From the IMG/VR virus record IMGVR_UViG_3300025520_000094: a stretch of DNA of 35,200 nucleotides; one strand, written 5' to 3'. The notes under the pieces were generated by a model, which searched no databases, was not told where the DNA came from, and saw only the letters and a list, made by a program, of their open reading frames with translations. Shown here in pieces: positions 1 through 9,740 of the stretch (position 1 is its first letter; every line of letters starts with the position of its first letter). This DNA is from a virus (Duplodnaviria; Caudoviricetes). The position numbers and the translations under genes were made by a program.

Positions 1-1
1 C

Positions 2-1816
2 CCCTGCCATGACCGGCTGGGCACCTCCGATTGAGGGTGCGCGAATCTGTAAATCTTCGAGCTTGCCATACTCGTCCTGGATAACCTTAACCCCCGCCCT
101 GATGTTGTCGACCAGAGACGGGCTCTGCCTGGCAAAGGGATTCAGTTTGTTAAGCGTACCCCGAATGCCATCCACAATGCCCGTGACCGTTTCGCGGGCG
201 CGGCGAATCGGCCCGGCTATAGCTTCCACAATACCGCCCATCATCTCACGGACTCGCGCTACCATGTCCTCCAGCCGCCCTATCGTATTGTCTCGTATCG
301 CCTGGATTACTTCACCGGCGCGATCTCTGGCCCAGGCCAGTCGCTCCCGGATTCCCTCAGCGATGCCGGAAAATATGGTTCTAACACTCTGTCCAAAGGC
401 CGTTATCCGTGCCCCCGCGTCAGCGACAAATCCTGCCACAGCCGCCTTCACATCGTCAAAGTTACGGATCAGCCACACAATGCCCGCTACCAACGCAGCG
501 ATGATGGCAATGACGGCAATAACCTTGGCTAAAAGCAGAACCTTCATGGCGATGAATGCGCCGACGGACACTTTCGCCAGAGCCGCGGCTGCAGTCAAGG
601 CACCGAGTGCGGTGGTAATGGCACCGATGGCGCCAATCACCTTGCCTATGATAATTAAAAGCGGCGCCAGGGCTGCTACCGCGGCCAGAACCGTGATAAT
701 AATCTTGGCGGTGCCTTCGTCTAGTCCCCGAAACCAGGCAGCAAGTTCTTCCACTCGTTTGGCCAGGTCTTGGATCATGGGCAATAACACCTTGCCGAAC
801 GTCACTCCGACTACTGCCCCGGTCATGGCCAGCTGTGCCTTGGCTGTGTCTAACACGTCGTTAAATTCGTTTAAACCGTCCAGCGTATCTTGGCTGAGAA
901 TCAACCCCGCCGCAGCCGCTTCATCGCCAAGCTTTTTAAGCGAATCCGCACCGCCGAGGATCAGCGGGTTGAGGTCTTGGGCGGATTTTCCCATCAGGGC
1001 CATGGCCATTATGTTTCGTTCTGTTTCGTTCTCCACGCCTCCGAGAGCGGCAATCACGTCATGGAATACCGCTTCGTTGTCGCGCAGCTTGCCAGTCTCA
1101 TCAGTGATAGCCACGCCCAACCGCTCGAACGTGGCAATTGCTTGCTTGTTCCCATCTTGTGCCGCGCCCATGGTACGCGTTAACTTAGTCAGGCTGCCTG
1201 TGAGTGTTTCTAGCGGCACATCGATGAGGTCAGAGGCGTAGCGGAATCTTTGCAGGGTGTCAGTCGTTAGCCCAGTTTGTTTGGCCAGGGTGTTAAAATC
1301 ATCTGCGGCAGCCGCCGATTTTACGGTTAACCCGACGAGACCGGTAAGGGCGGCAGCGGCAGCGCCGCTGACGGGCGCGAGCTTCTTACCCAGGGCTTCC
1401 GTGTCCTTCCCGAACTTACTGATGCCCTCTCCCGCTTGCTTGAAGCGGTTGTTTACCTCTATCAGCTGTTTCTCTAGCCCTTTCAGTTCGGCTTGCGCCG
1501 CTATGACTTCCCGTGTTATAGCCCTGTACTGGTCTTCGCCAATCTTGCCCTCGCGAAAGGCCTGCTCGGCCTGCCGCTGCGCCTCCCGGAGGGTGTCCAA
1601 ACGTTCAGCAGAGGTTTTGACAGCGTCTGCCAGCAGTTTCTTTCTTTGCGTCAGGAGTTCGACGTTGCGGGGGTCAAGCTTTAAGAGTCTTTCGACCTGG
1701 CGCAGTTCAGAAGAAATGTCCTTCGCGCTTTTATCTACGCCTTTGAGGGCCTCGCCAAGCTTAGTCGTGTCCCCGCCAATTTCGATGGTGATTCCACGTA
1801 TTCGTTTGCTTGTCAC
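2..1816 (-). CDS. Tail tape measure protein (3' end runs off window)
   Basis: Not in ORF track. GTG at 1816 after GGGGGTG RBS gives MTSKRIRGITIEIGGDTTKL, a typical Firmicute phage TMP N-terminus; Ala/Ile-rich; follows the tail chaperones. Confidence 0.9.
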   Translation of the reverse strand, partial: MTSKRIRGITIEIGGDTTKLGEALKGVDKSAKDISSELRQVERLLKLDPRNVELLTQRKKLLADAVKTSAERLDTLREAQRQAEQAFREGKIGEDQYRAITREVIAAQAELKGLEKQLIEVNNRFKQAGEGISKFGKDTEALGKKLAPVSGAAAAALTGLVGLTVKSAAAADDFNTLAKQTGLTTDTLQRFRYASDLIDVPLETLTGSLTKLTRTMGAAQDGNKQAIATFERLGVAITDETGKLRDNEAVFHDVIAALGGVENETERNIMAMALMGKSAQDLNPLILGGADSLKKLGDEAAAAGLILSQDTLDGLNEFNDVLDTAKAQLAMTGAVVGVTFGKVLLPMIQDLAKRVEELAAWFRGLDEGTAKIIITVLAAVAALAPLLIIIGKVIGAIGAITTALGALTAAAALAKVSVGAFIAMKVLLLAKVIAVIAIIAALVAGIVWLIRNFDDVKAAVAGFVADAGARITAFGQSVRTIFSGIAEGIRERLAWARDRAGEVIQAIRDNTIGRLEDMVARVREMMGGIVEAIAGPIRRARETVTGIVDGIRGTLNKLNPFARQSPSLVDNIRAGVKVIQDEYGKLEDLQIRAPSIGGAQPVMAG

Positions 1817-1833
1817 AGATTCACCCCCCGCTC

Positions 1834-2066
1834 CTAAAATCTATCAAAATCCTGCTGGCTGGCTGGCCGCGCTCTGACCGGATCCGCGTGCCTGGAACTC
1901 GCTTGTGGCACATTCGCGTCATTATAGGTCCCGATGTAATCAATGAGCATCCCCACAGTGAGCGTCTCAAAGTCCTGCAGAGTCAATCCTCGCTGCAGCG
2001 CCCCCACCATGATGGTTTCCGTGGTAAGCGCAGGTGTAGCTCCGGCCTCGTGGCTCCCGCCCTCTA
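1834..2066 (-). CDS. -1 frameshift extension of tail assembly chaperone (gpGT-like C-terminal part)
   Basis: The -1 frame after the A9 run (2068-2076) is open: VEGGSHEAG...LTVGMLIDYIGTYND...SQQDFDRF*, ending just before the TMP RBS. Confidence 0.8.
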
Positions 2067-2402
2067 CTTTTTTTTTGTCCCCATAAGGCTGGCTGCCAAG
2101 AGGTCGACTGTCTCGCGCAGGACTTCGTCCAGCGGGAACTCGCTAAACTGGTCAAGCCATATTTCAGGCTCCGGGATAGACGGGTCCGCAGTTTTGGCCA
2201 TCACCCAGACCAGGTTATAGAACAACTCGAGGTCGAGCGCGTCGTAATTTTCCAGTTCACCCGTCGTGACGTTGATCGCTTTCTCCAGCTTGAGCAGATC
2301 TTTCAACGCATCGCGCTGGAACTGGGCCTTGTAGCGCAGCAAATAAGCGGCGGTGCTCTTAAAACGCACCGCCCGCCCGTCAATTATGATTGTTTTCTCC
2401 AT
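2064..2402 (-). CDS. Tail assembly chaperone (gpG-like)
   Basis: 112 aa between major tail and TMP genes; ends in slippery ACA AAA AAA AAG TAG. Confidence 0.85.
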   Translation of the reverse strand: MEKTIIIDGRAVRFKSTAAYLLRYKAQFQRDALKDLLKLEKAINVTTGELENYDALDLELFYNLVWVMAKTADPSIPEPEIWLDQFSEFPLDEVLRETVDLLAASLMGTKKK

Positions 2403-2413
2403 GCTGATTACCC

Positions 2414-2977
2414 CTATGGTGTCGGGGGCACGAAGGTATACACATCAGTGAAGAAGTCGCTATAGCCAGTTTTGCCAGCTTCCAGTTTGGCTTTAACAAA
2501 GCCGGTGCCCGGCGCGGGGCTGGCAATCAGGTTCAGCGTTTCGGTCCCAACTTCCACCGCGGCTGCTGTCGTTGTACTCGTCAGCGCAGGCCGACGTACG
2601 TGCACATAGTACAATACGTGCCGGGTTGCGTTAACATCGCCGTTAAACTCGAACAGCAGAGCGATCTGCTTGGGACGGGCGTTAACATCCTCAAACAGAC
2701 CCTCGTTCTGGTCGAGCCTGTCACCCAGCACGGCAATGCGGAAGGCGTCTGGCATTAGCGCCATTTCCAGCGAGCCTTCATAGCCCTGATTGGACTCGAC
2801 ACTAAAGTACAGACCGTCGTCCGCGTAAAATTCCGCCTTCTCACCTTTAGGCTCAAGCGTAATACTAACACCGCCAGGTACGGGCACGGGGGTCGCATAC
2901 GTGAGTGTCCCGCCAGTTTCGGTTGCCACGGCGTAGTGTACATTCTTCAAGCCGTACTTCACTTTGTTGGCCGACAT
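2414..2977 (-). CDS. Major tail protein (phi13 family-like)
   Basis: NKVKYGLKNVHYA, EFYADD and LLFEFNGD motifs; position in tail module. Confidence 0.92.
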   Translation of the reverse strand: MSANKVKYGLKNVHYAVATETGGTLTYATPVPVPGGVSITLEPKGEKAEFYADDGLYFSVESNQGYEGSLEMALMPDAFRIAVLGDRLDQNEGLFEDVNARPKQIALLFEFNGDVNATRHVLYYVHVRRPALTSTTTAAAVEVGTETLNLIASPAPGTGFVKAKLEAGKTGYSDFFTDVYTFVPPTP

Positions 2978-2988
2978 GAGGCACCTCC

Positions 2989-3300
2989 CTAGATCTGAAT
3001 TTCATAAACAACTTGGTAGAGCTTTTCGCTGGGTATCCACGTCTCCCGCTTGTCGTAGAATATTTCATTCGCGGTCAAAGCCGCTTCAACCAAAGCTTCC
3101 CTTGCGACGTCTTTGCGCAGGGAGTACAGCTCCACCTGGTAATTAGTGCGGGGATAATAGACCCTATTGTCCGCCGCGAAGTTGTCGCTACCTTCAGCAA
3201 AATATGTGAGATAGGGCAACTCAGGCGGGGCTGCCCCAAAGTGTGAATACGCCACCGGCAAGCCGGTGGCACTGAGGATTTCGTATAGTCTAGCCGCCAC
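2989..3300 (-). CDS. Tail completion/terminator protein
   Basis: TGLPVAYSHF, NFAADN, QVELYS motifs; directly upstream of major tail gene. Confidence 0.75.
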   Translation of the reverse strand: MAARLYEILSATGLPVAYSHFGAAPPELPYLTYFAEGSDNFAADNRVYYPRTNYQVELYSLRKDVAREALVEAALTANEIFYDKRETWIPSEKLYQVVYEIQI

Positions 3301-3670
3301 GCCTGATCACCTCCTCTACCGCGGCAAAGTAATCAGCCGCTACCTTATCTCCAACAGGGTCGATGTGCGGCTGTGCCTGTGTCCTGCCGCCGTCCCTGGT
3401 GGCGTGGCCGTGCTCTAACAGGTGGGTGAGCCGAGGGCGTGCCTTGTTGTGCAAAATAAACCGCATCGGGCCTCTGTAAGTTTGCTCTACTCTCACGCTC
3501 CAGCCGCGCCTATATCTGCCTGTGCGCTTTGGGCTTGCGCTGAGGAGCTCGGCTGCACCTTCACGCGCGACGCGTTCGCCAGCAGTGTTCATACCCTCCA
3601 CGATGTCGGCGGTGTATGTGGCTAGTCGAGCCATGATCTCCTTGCTCAACTGGTCGACCTTGATTGTCAA
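3290..3670 (-). CDS. HK97 gp10-family neck/tail-completion protein
   Basis: SPKRTGRYRRGW and LTHLLEHGH motifs. Confidence 0.85.
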   Translation of the reverse strand: MTIKVDQLSKEIMARLATYTADIVEGMNTAGERVAREGAAELLSASPKRTGRYRRGWSVRVEQTYRGPMRFILHNKARPRLTHLLEHGHATRDGGRTQAQPHIDPVGDKVAADYFAAVEEVIRRGG

Positions 3671-3689
3671 TTGACTTCCCCCTCACCCT

Positions 3690-4016
3690 CTACACGCGTT
3701 CTACACACATCAATGTTAGCTCCCGCTTTCTGCCGTCCACATCAAGTACTGAATGGATATCAAACGTCCTGGCACCTTCCAGCAAGCGCATGGCTGGGAC
3801 AATACCTGGGCGGTGGCGAATGCGGACGCGGTGTGTCACCTCGGCGTTGACCTTGGCCGCATCGAAAAACTCCCGGCCGGAAATGGCCTCAATTTGCGCG
3901 TAGACTGTAGCGGTATCGCTCCATGTTTCGCTCACTACGCCGAGGCTGTCCTGGGTCAAAGTCGGGGTTTGCAGTGTGATCCGATGCCTCAGCTTACCTA
4001 TGGCCATAAGCCTCAC
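3690..4016 (-). CDS. Head closure (SPP1 gp16-like head-tail adaptor) protein
   Basis: IGKLRHRITLQ, ISGREFF, RVRIR motifs; synteny. Confidence 0.88.
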   Translation of the reverse strand: MRLMAIGKLRHRITLQTPTLTQDSLGVVSETWSDTATVYAQIEAISGREFFDAAKVNAEVTHRVRIRHRPGIVPAMRLLEGARTFDIHSVLDVDGRKRELTLMCVERV

Positions 4017-4297
4017 CAGCTTTCTTTCCGGTAAGCAAAGAGCAGCCTCTTGATGGTATCTACAAGTACCGGAGTCAGAAGGGCCTCGCGCTGCTCGTAG
4101 AACTGGGCGGTGGCATAAAGGATTGCCTGCCGGACAACCTCCGGCACTTCCGCAAAGTCGGACAGCGGCTGGCGGAGGATACCTGCGACGATATCCTCCG
4201 CTGCAGCCATAAAGCTGCCGATGAGCGCGTCCTCAGTCTCACCGTCCACCCTGAGCCACGTTTTTGCCTCTTCTAGTGTGACGACCACTGCGCTCAT
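4013..4297 (-). CDS. Head-tail connector (HK97 gp6/SPP1 gp15-like)
   Basis: VTLEEAKTWLRVD...QAILYATAQFYEQRE; start reassigned to ATG 4297 behind GGAAGGGAG (the track's 4606 start overlaps the capsid gene). Confidence 0.88.
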   Translation of the reverse strand: MSAVVVTLEEAKTWLRVDGETEDALIGSFMAAAEDIVAGILRQPLSDFAEVPEVVRQAILYATAQFYEQREALLTPVLVDTIKRLLFAYRKESW

Positions 4298-4332
4298 CTC
4301 CCTTCCCTCTAACTGCCCACCTTGAGGACAAA

Positions 4333-5526
4333 CTACGCCTTCTGCTGCAATATCTTGATGGACTCGGGGAGCACCAGTTTGCCGTCCACGCGCTGGGTAG
4401 CGATAAAGCCTACTTGTCCCGTGGCTGCATACAACTCGTTCAGCCGTTTGAACACCCGACCCTGGCGGTCGGCTACCCAGTAGTAGCTGAAATCGCCGAA
4501 CACTATACTCTTTGCACCCGCCTCGATAACCGGCATATAGGCCGAGGTGTAAAGGGGACGGTTGATGATGGTGTCGGGCGTTGCTTCTTTGATGGAGGGT
4601 TGCCATAGATACTGGCCATTGTTGTCCTTGAGCTTGCGGATGGCCTTTACCGTCGAGTCGTTCATGATAAAGGCGGCTTTCTTGCGGTAAGGGGACTTGA
4701 GGCTGTAGAACACGTCAAGGATTTCGTCGAGGGTAATGGCTGCGGCGGCGGCCGTGGTCACGCCGACTTGTCCGCCGCCCGTGGCGGCAAGGATGCCGGT
4801 GGGTTTTCCAGCGCCATCGCCCACGAAGAATGCTTCCTCTTCCTTGGCACCAATGCGGCGGGCGAACTCCCTGGCAATATAGGTTTCCAGATTGAATACA
4901 CTGTCGTTTAGCAGTTCCTCACTGACCTTGATCATGGTGGCCAGCTTGAAAGCGCCGATGGACACCTGTCCGAAAGTGTCATCGCTCTCGGGGATGGCAC
5001 CCTCTTCATCAACCCAGGATGCGGTGCCTTTAGACGCCACCACGGGAATCTTGCGGTCACCGCTGGAAGTGGTAATGACATTGGCCAGCCGCCTAAAAAT
5101 GTTTTCTTCCTCGAGGGCTTTAATCAGGGTGCGCTCAAACTCGTCGGGCACCAGGTAGCCGCCTTCGGTATCTTCTCCTACGCGCAGCGAGTTCTGAATA
5201 TCGCCGCTGCGCTTACCGCGCATGGCACTCCAAAAGGCCCTCTGATACTCGGCTGTGGCCCGGCCGTTCTTTGCCTCGCCGTAAGAGGACGGTCGGCTGG
5301 TGATGGGTGCGTTGGTGGGATGGGATAGCTCTGCGTCAAGGACAGCCTGGCGCTCCAAACGGTCAATTTCTCTACCCAGGGCTACCACGTCAGCTTCCAT
5401 CTTCTCGTAAGTTGATGTGTCCTCAGCAGACAGCAGCCCGTCGCCTCCCCGTTTGGTGTCAAGGAAGGCCTTTGTTGCTTCCCATGCCTTTGCACGTTTT
5501 TCGCGCAGTTCTAGAATTTTGCTCAT
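4333..5526 (-). CDS. Major capsid protein, HK97 fold
   Basis: Coiled-coil delta-domain-like N-terminus, EGGYLVPDEF, WVDEEG, GDGAGKPTGI, FGDFSYY, QRVDGK; ATG 5526 has better spacing to AGGAGG than 5532. Confidence 0.96.
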   Translation of the reverse strand: MSKILELREKRAKAWEATKAFLDTKRGGDGLLSAEDTSTYEKMEADVVALGREIDRLERQAVLDAELSHPTNAPITSRPSSYGEAKNGRATAEYQRAFWSAMRGKRSGDIQNSLRVGEDTEGGYLVPDEFERTLIKALEEENIFRRLANVITTSSGDRKIPVVASKGTASWVDEEGAIPESDDTFGQVSIGAFKLATMIKVSEELLNDSVFNLETYIAREFARRIGAKEEEAFFVGDGAGKPTGILAATGGGQVGVTTAAAAAITLDEILDVFYSLKSPYRKKAAFIMNDSTVKAIRKLKDNNGQYLWQPSIKEATPDTIINRPLYTSAYMPVIEAGAKSIVFGDFSYYWVADRQGRVFKRLNELYAATGQVGFIATQRVDGKLVLPESIKILQQKA

Positions 5527-5547
5527 TCTCATTTCCTCCTTGATATT

Positions 5548-6237
5548 TTAGTGGGGAATTAAAGAGAGCCGCTTATCCAGCGACTCAATGGGGGTGCCCG
5601 TTTTTGGTTTTGCTTTGGGGATTTTCCCAAGCAGGGAGTTGGCCACAGCCATGCGACTGAAGATCAGGCTTTCTTCTGAATCCGGGGCCTCCTCATCTGT
5701 TGTGAACAGGATTTTGTCGGCAAAGCCAAGCTCCACAGCCTTCTTGGCGTTCATCCAGGTTTCTGCATCCATGAGCTGCGAAAGTTTCACTCGTGACAGC
5801 CCGGATTTCAGCTCATAGGCGTTGATGATACTCTCCTTGACCTCATCGAGTAGCGCCTTGGCGCGAAGCATCTCTTCGCTGTCGCCGATGGCGATGGTTG
5901 AGGGGTTGTGGATCATGAGCATGGACACGGGAGACATGTGCACCTCGCTTCCGGCCATAGCGATGACCGAGGCGGCGCTGGCGGCGATGCCATCAATCCT
6001 GACGGTGACCTGTCCGGCATAGTCCATGAGCATGTTGTAGATCTGCGCCGCCGCAAAAACATCGCCACCGGGAGAGTTAATCCACACCGTGATGTTGCCC
6101 GAACCTGACATTAGTTCACCCTTGAACAACTTGGGCGTAACCTCGTCGCCCCACCAGGATTCCTCGGCGATAGGTCCGTTGAGATAGAGGGTGCGCCCCT
6201 CCGCTGAGTTAAGCACCCAGTTCCAGAATTTCCTCAT
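5548..6237 (-). CDS. ClpP-type (S14) prohead maturation protease
   Basis: INSPGGDV, DGIAASAAS, MIHNP, ETWMNAKKAVELGFAD motifs; between portal and capsid. Confidence 0.95.
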   Translation of the reverse strand: MRKFWNWVLNSAEGRTLYLNGPIAEESWWGDEVTPKLFKGELMSGSGNITVWINSPGGDVFAAAQIYNMLMDYAGQVTVRIDGIAASAASVIAMAGSEVHMSPVSMLMIHNPSTIAIGDSEEMLRAKALLDEVKESIINAYELKSGLSRVKLSQLMDAETWMNAKKAVELGFADKILFTTDEEAPDSEESLIFSRMAVANSLLGKIPKAKPKTGTPIESLDKRLSLIPH

Positions 6238-7487
6238 GTACTGACCTCCTTCGGTTGATGAGTGGCAAAGACACCCGCATCAGCCAGCTTTGTCATGTTG
6301 CCGTTGACCAGATATAGGTCTCCGCCATCCTCGTTGGGAATGCGATTCATGTCCTCAAGTTCGCGGATATCGTTCGCCGACAGCCACCCGTTCTGCCGCC
6401 CCGTGGCGTAACCGTTCATGCGTCCCTGATAGTCTCCTCGCAACAGCCCGTCCACATTAAACCTGATAAAGTACCTGAGCTTTTCCGAAGGCAAGAGAAG
6501 CGCCTGCTGCAAAGCCTGTTCCCACCGCATTACCCACGGATTGAGGGTGTACTTGACGAACTCCAGCGACTGCTGCTCAATGTTCGAGAAGCTGGACTTC
6601 TCCAGATCTCCGACCATGTGAGGCGGTACGCGGAAGATGCGGGCAATCTCATTAAGTTGGAACTTCCGCGTCTCCAGAAACTGCGCCTGTTCCGGTGGAA
6701 TGCCGATGGACTGAAACTTCATCCCTTCTTCCAGTACCGCGATGCGGTGGGCATTGCCGCTACCCTGGTAGACTGCGTTCCAGCTTTCCCGCACTCTTTT
6801 GGGGTCCTTGACCACGCCGGGATGCTCCAGCACTCCACCGGGATTAGCCCCGTTAGAGAAAAAGGATGCTCCGTATTCCTCTGTTGCCATAGCCAGCCCG
6901 ATAGCATTTTTGGCAATGCCGATGGGCGAGTAGCCGATCAGTCCGTCAAAGCCAAGACCCGGGATATGCAGTACCTCGTCCCTGCGCAGAACTACCGTTC
7001 CACTGTCTGGATTTGTCCGGCTTTCCTCGGCATCGCGGCGGTAGGTATAGGTCAGTTCGCCGCTTGCAGACCGCGACACATCCATCTTGTTCGGGAGCAA
7101 AGGGTAGAGGGCCAATACCTGCCCACGCCCGTCCCGAATGATTTGTGCGTAGGCGTTACCCCAAAGCAAAAGATGACTCATCAGTGTTTCTCTGAACACA
7201 AATGATGTCATCTCCGGGTTTGGTTCGTTATGGATTAGGTAGTATAGCCGATGCTCGACCGCTTTCTCCTTGCCGCCATCGGTCCTGTAGCGGTAAACCC
7301 GCAGCGGCAGCCCGGCGATGGCCTCAGACAGTATCCTTACGCAGGCATACACAGCCGTAGCCTGCATGGCGGTTCGCTCGTTGACTGTTTTACCCGCTGT
7401 GGTGCCGCCGAACAGAAACGAAAAGGCACTGCTCATGCGGTTTTGCGGCTTATCCCTTGAGCGGAATAGCCGAGAAAATATGCTCAT
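6234..7487 (-). CDS. Portal protein, HK97 family
   Basis: AVYACVRILSE, LLWGNAYA, FSNGANPGG, EIARIFRVPP, SFSNIEQQ motifs. Confidence 0.96.
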   Translation of the reverse strand: MSIFSRLFRSRDKPQNRMSSAFSFLFGGTTAGKTVNERTAMQATAVYACVRILSEAIAGLPLRVYRYRTDGGKEKAVEHRLYYLIHNEPNPEMTSFVFRETLMSHLLLWGNAYAQIIRDGRGQVLALYPLLPNKMDVSRSASGELTYTYRRDAEESRTNPDSGTVVLRRDEVLHIPGLGFDGLIGYSPIGIAKNAIGLAMATEEYGASFFSNGANPGGVLEHPGVVKDPKRVRESWNAVYQGSGNAHRIAVLEEGMKFQSIGIPPEQAQFLETRKFQLNEIARIFRVPPHMVGDLEKSSFSNIEQQSLEFVKYTLNPWVMRWEQALQQALLLPSEKLRYFIRFNVDGLLRGDYQGRMNGYATGRQNGWLSANDIRELEDMNRIPNEDGGDLYLVNGNMTKLADAGVFATHQPKEVST

Positions 7488-7515
7488 TTACCTTTCACCT
7501 CCGAAAAAGGGCATG

Positions 7516-7539
7516 AAAAAGGCACCGCCGGAGCGATGC
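7516..7539 (-). terminator. Intrinsic terminator after the inserted 142-aa gene
   Basis: Minus strand GCATCGC-TCCG-GCGGTGC followed by CTTTTT. Confidence 0.65.
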
Positions 7540-7556
7540 TCAGTAATGTTACTGTA

Positions 7557-7985
7557 TTACTTTTTCTTTGGCAAAGAAGGAATTACATTAGATAACCACT
7601 TGTCCAGTTGATCCCCTTTGTCTCCCTCATATGTATCGTAAATTTCAGGGTACATCTCGGAGAACTTCCGTTTGAAGTCCTCAAGTGTAAAGCCTTCTTC
7701 GAGCTTGTCCCTAACAATTACCAGCTTCTTGTTAATCTCCTTAACCAAGTTACCCTTTGGTTTTTTCCCAAGATAAATTGGCTTTCCGGCATATGTGATT
7801 TTGCGGGCCTGGGCGGCTCTAAAGGCAGCCTCCTTAACTTTGAAGACAGGGTCGTGTATCGCTAGACGAGCTAAGATGTCTTTAGACGGTTGGTCATCCA
7901 TTACGGCAAGTCCTTCAACAGCCTGCAATCTCTCACGCCAGTTGCTTTTGTTATTGGCCATCCTTTTGAGTCTTTCAATATCCAC
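7557..7985 (-). CDS. Moron-like gene, HEAT-repeat-like protein of unknown function
   Basis: 142 aa, AT-richer than neighbours; WRERLQAVEGLA...DPVFKVKEAAFRA resembles a HEAT/PBS-lyase repeat; own RBS, promoter and terminator. Confidence 0.75.
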   Translation of the reverse strand: MDIERLKRMANNKSNWRERLQAVEGLAVMDDQPSKDILARLAIHDPVFKVKEAAFRAAQARKITYAGKPIYLGKKPKGNLVKEINKKLVIVRDKLEEGFTLEDFKRKFSEMYPEIYDTYEGDKGDQLDKWLSNVIPSLPKKK

Positions 7986-8025
7986 CTAAATCCCCCCTGT
8001 TCACCCGCATGGGTGCTTTTGCTAA

Positions 8026-8034
8026 ATTATAGCA
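8026..8034 (-). promoter_or_regulatory. Extended -10 sigmaA-type promoter for the moron
   Basis: Minus strand TGCTATAAT (TGn-TATAAT consensus) about 40 nt upstream of the start. Confidence 0.7.
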
Positions 8035-8110
8035 CGTAGATGTGGATTGCAGTGGGAGAAATCCCTCTCCAAAAACTCTCTCGTGATTATTGCTCCACGC
8101 CGTATATGCT

Positions 8111-9712
8111 TTAAATGATCAAAAGTCCACGCTCATTGTAGACAGAGCCTCCCGAACCTCCACCGCAGCGGATGGCACGGTCGAGGGCCATGATGGTCGC
8201 CACCGCGCCATCTATTTTTTCTGTGCTCTTTTCTTTGTCGGGCTTCAAGTTGCCAGCGGGGTCAGTCTTGATGAAGATATTGTCCATCATCCACCGTAGC
8301 ACCGGATGGCCGCCGTGGGCGATTTTCTCCTCCAGCGTCAGCTTCATCAGTTCCTTCGTCGGCGGAGACATATCCTTAAAGCCCTGACCAAAGGGAACAA
8401 CAGTGAATCCCATCCCCTCAAGGTTCTGCACCATCTGCACAGCACCCCAACGGTCAAAGGCAATTTCTCGAATGTTGTACTTCTCTGCAAGTTCTTCAAT
8501 GAACTTCTCGATATAGCCGTAATGTACGACATTCCCCTCGGTGGTCAGCAGATGCCCCTGCTTCTCCCAGAGATCGTACTGCACATGGTCCCGTCGCACG
8601 CGCAGGTCAATGTTTCCCTCGGGCATCCAGAAGTATGGGAGAACAACGTACTTGTCATTCTCGTCTTCCGGTGGGAACACCAGAACAAACGCCGTGACGT
8701 CCGTCGTGCTCGACAGATCCAACCCGCCGTAGCAGACACGACCTTCAAGGGACGTGGTATCTATCGGGAATGCGCAAGCATCCCACTTGGCCATCGGCAT
8801 CCAGCGGACGGCCTGCTTCACCCACTGATTCAGCCGCAGTTGTCGGAAGCTGTTCTCCTCTGCGGGGTTCTGCTTCGCGCTCTCACAGGCGGCCTTTACT
8901 TTATCTATACTGACCGTAATACCGAGGGATGGGTTCGCCTTCTTCCACACCTTTGGGTCAGTCCAGTCATCATCATCCTTCGCGCCGTATATGACGGGAT
9001 AAAATGTGGGATCACACTTCCTGCCCTCAAGGATATCCACCGCCTTCTGGTGGGTCTCATAACATATGCTCTGGGTGTCGTTGCCTGCGGTGGTTATGAG
9101 GAAGTAAAGTGGCTGCGTCCGCGCATCTCCTGAACCTTTGGTCATCACGTCAAATAGCTTCCGGTTGGGCTGGGTGTGTAGTTCATCAAAAACCACCCCA
9201 TGGATGTTAAAGCCGTGCTTGGAGTATGCTTCTGCGCTCAGCACCTGGTAGAAGCTGTTGGTCGGCAGGTAGATTAGCCTCTTGGTCGAGGCCAGTAGCT
9301 TAACCCGCCGGGATAGAGCCGGGCACATCCGCACCATATCGGCGGCCACCTCAAATACGATGGACGCCTGCTGGCGGTCAGCTGCACAGCCGTACACTTC
9401 AGCGCGCTCCTCCCGGTCGCCGCAGGTGAGCAGCAAGGCAATTGCTGCTGCCAGCTCGCTCTTGCCCATCTTCTTGGGTATCTCTACATACGCGGTGTTG
9501 AACTGCCGATGCCCGCTCGGCTTGAGGACGCCGAACAAGTCGCGGACAATCTGCTCCTGCCAGTCGATTAGTTCAAAGGGCTTGCCCGCCCAGGAACCTT
9601 TGGTATGAGAGAGGGCTTCTATAAAGGACACGGCATAATCTGCAGCACCCTTGTCGTAGCGAGAACCCTCTGCCATGAAGGCGGTAGGCCTGTACTTCTT
9701 CAGCTTTCGCAT
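8111..9712 (-). CDS. terL: Terminase large subunit
   Basis: Walker A-like IPKKMGKS, Walker B VVFDELH, ITTAG, GLDLSSTTD, EKIDGAVA; start set at ATG 9712 behind GGAGG. Confidence 0.96.
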   Translation of the reverse strand: MRKLKKYRPTAFMAEGSRYDKGAADYAVSFIEALSHTKGSWAGKPFELIDWQEQIVRDLFGVLKPSGHRQFNTAYVEIPKKMGKSELAAAIALLLTCGDREERAEVYGCAADRQQASIVFEVAADMVRMCPALSRRVKLLASTKRLIYLPTNSFYQVLSAEAYSKHGFNIHGVVFDELHTQPNRKLFDVMTKGSGDARTQPLYFLITTAGNDTQSICYETHQKAVDILEGRKCDPTFYPVIYGAKDDDDWTDPKVWKKANPSLGITVSIDKVKAACESAKQNPAEENSFRQLRLNQWVKQAVRWMPMAKWDACAFPIDTTSLEGRVCYGGLDLSSTTDVTAFVLVFPPEDENDKYVVLPYFWMPEGNIDLRVRRDHVQYDLWEKQGHLLTTEGNVVHYGYIEKFIEELAEKYNIREIAFDRWGAVQMVQNLEGMGFTVVPFGQGFKDMSPPTKELMKLTLEEKIAHGGHPVLRWMMDNIFIKTDPAGNLKPDKEKSTEKIDGAVATIMALDRAIRCGGGSGGSVYNERGLLII

Positions 9713-9740
9713 ATCTGCCGCCTCCTCGAGACTAGCGGAA

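Noticed and set aside
9-1877. Long plus-strand ORFs (410 aa and 206 aa)
   Set aside because: Antisense shadows of the tape measure gene; Ser/Ala-rich, no RBS or recognisable motifs.
1967-2155. 62-aa minus-strand ORF as the frameshift product
   Set aside because: It is in the other alternative frame; the -1 frame ending at 1834 gives the chaperone-like sequence.
4298-4606. N-terminal extension of the head-tail connector ORF
   Set aside because: Overlaps the capsid gene out of frame; a good RBS and start exist at 4297. A capsid frameshift fusion was considered, but I saw no clear slippery site.
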